A stretch of DNA of 64,000 bases from Aulosira sp. ZfuVER01 (GTDB lineage: Bacteria; Cyanobacteriota; Cyanobacteriia; Cyanobacteriales; Nostocaceae). Both the position numbers and the translations under genes were made by a program. Positions 63,907 through 64,000 of the stretch are shown here, piece after piece (positions within the stretch are counted from its first letter, which is position 1; each line of letters starts with the position of its first letter). The stretch spans positions 1 to 64,000 of the forward strand of contig JAVRCV020000052.1 of NCBI GenBank assembly GCA_034530615.2. Direction: 5' to 3'. The notes below the pieces were generated by a model. The model saw nothing but the letters and a program-made list of their open reading frames with translations. It was not told where the DNA came from and did not search any database.

Positions 63907-64000
63907 CACATGGTGATAGCAATATCCAATCTTTGTATACAGATACTACTGCAAACCAAGCAATAGTATTAACTAAAACAATCTAATTTACAAATTATGC

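Overview
Chromosomal window from a filamentous, heterocyst-forming-type cyanobacterium (Nostocales), judged from abundant HIP1 octamers (GCGATCGC), heptamer STRR arrays, psbK/psbM, a HetZ-related gene and an xisH/xisI remnant. From about 19 kb onward it is mostly core genes (miaE, comA, comF, cobS, tgt, psbK, psbM, rlmB, Mini-III, carA, trpD, hemJ, dnaB without intein, rplI, gloB) with a few inserted accessory genes (LRR-DUF6745, a solitary HEPN gene, DUF2817). The first ~18 kb are accessory. They hold a C-terminally truncated cardiolipin synthase and a compact module in which a soluble HTH-AAA-like ATPase and a membrane-anchored AAA-like ATPase-TM-WD40 protein bracket three secreted proteins (including a six-repeat beta-propeller and a Tat-type GH5 hydrolase). 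They also hold nested small dispersed repeats (one translated in frame inside the WD40 gene), a YoeB-type TA pair, a MITE, an xisHI relic and a WGR/DUF1963-membrane protein-DUF6745 operon. I found no tRNA, rRNA, CRISPR array, transposase or reverse transcriptase. All family assignments come from motif recognition by eye, not database searches.
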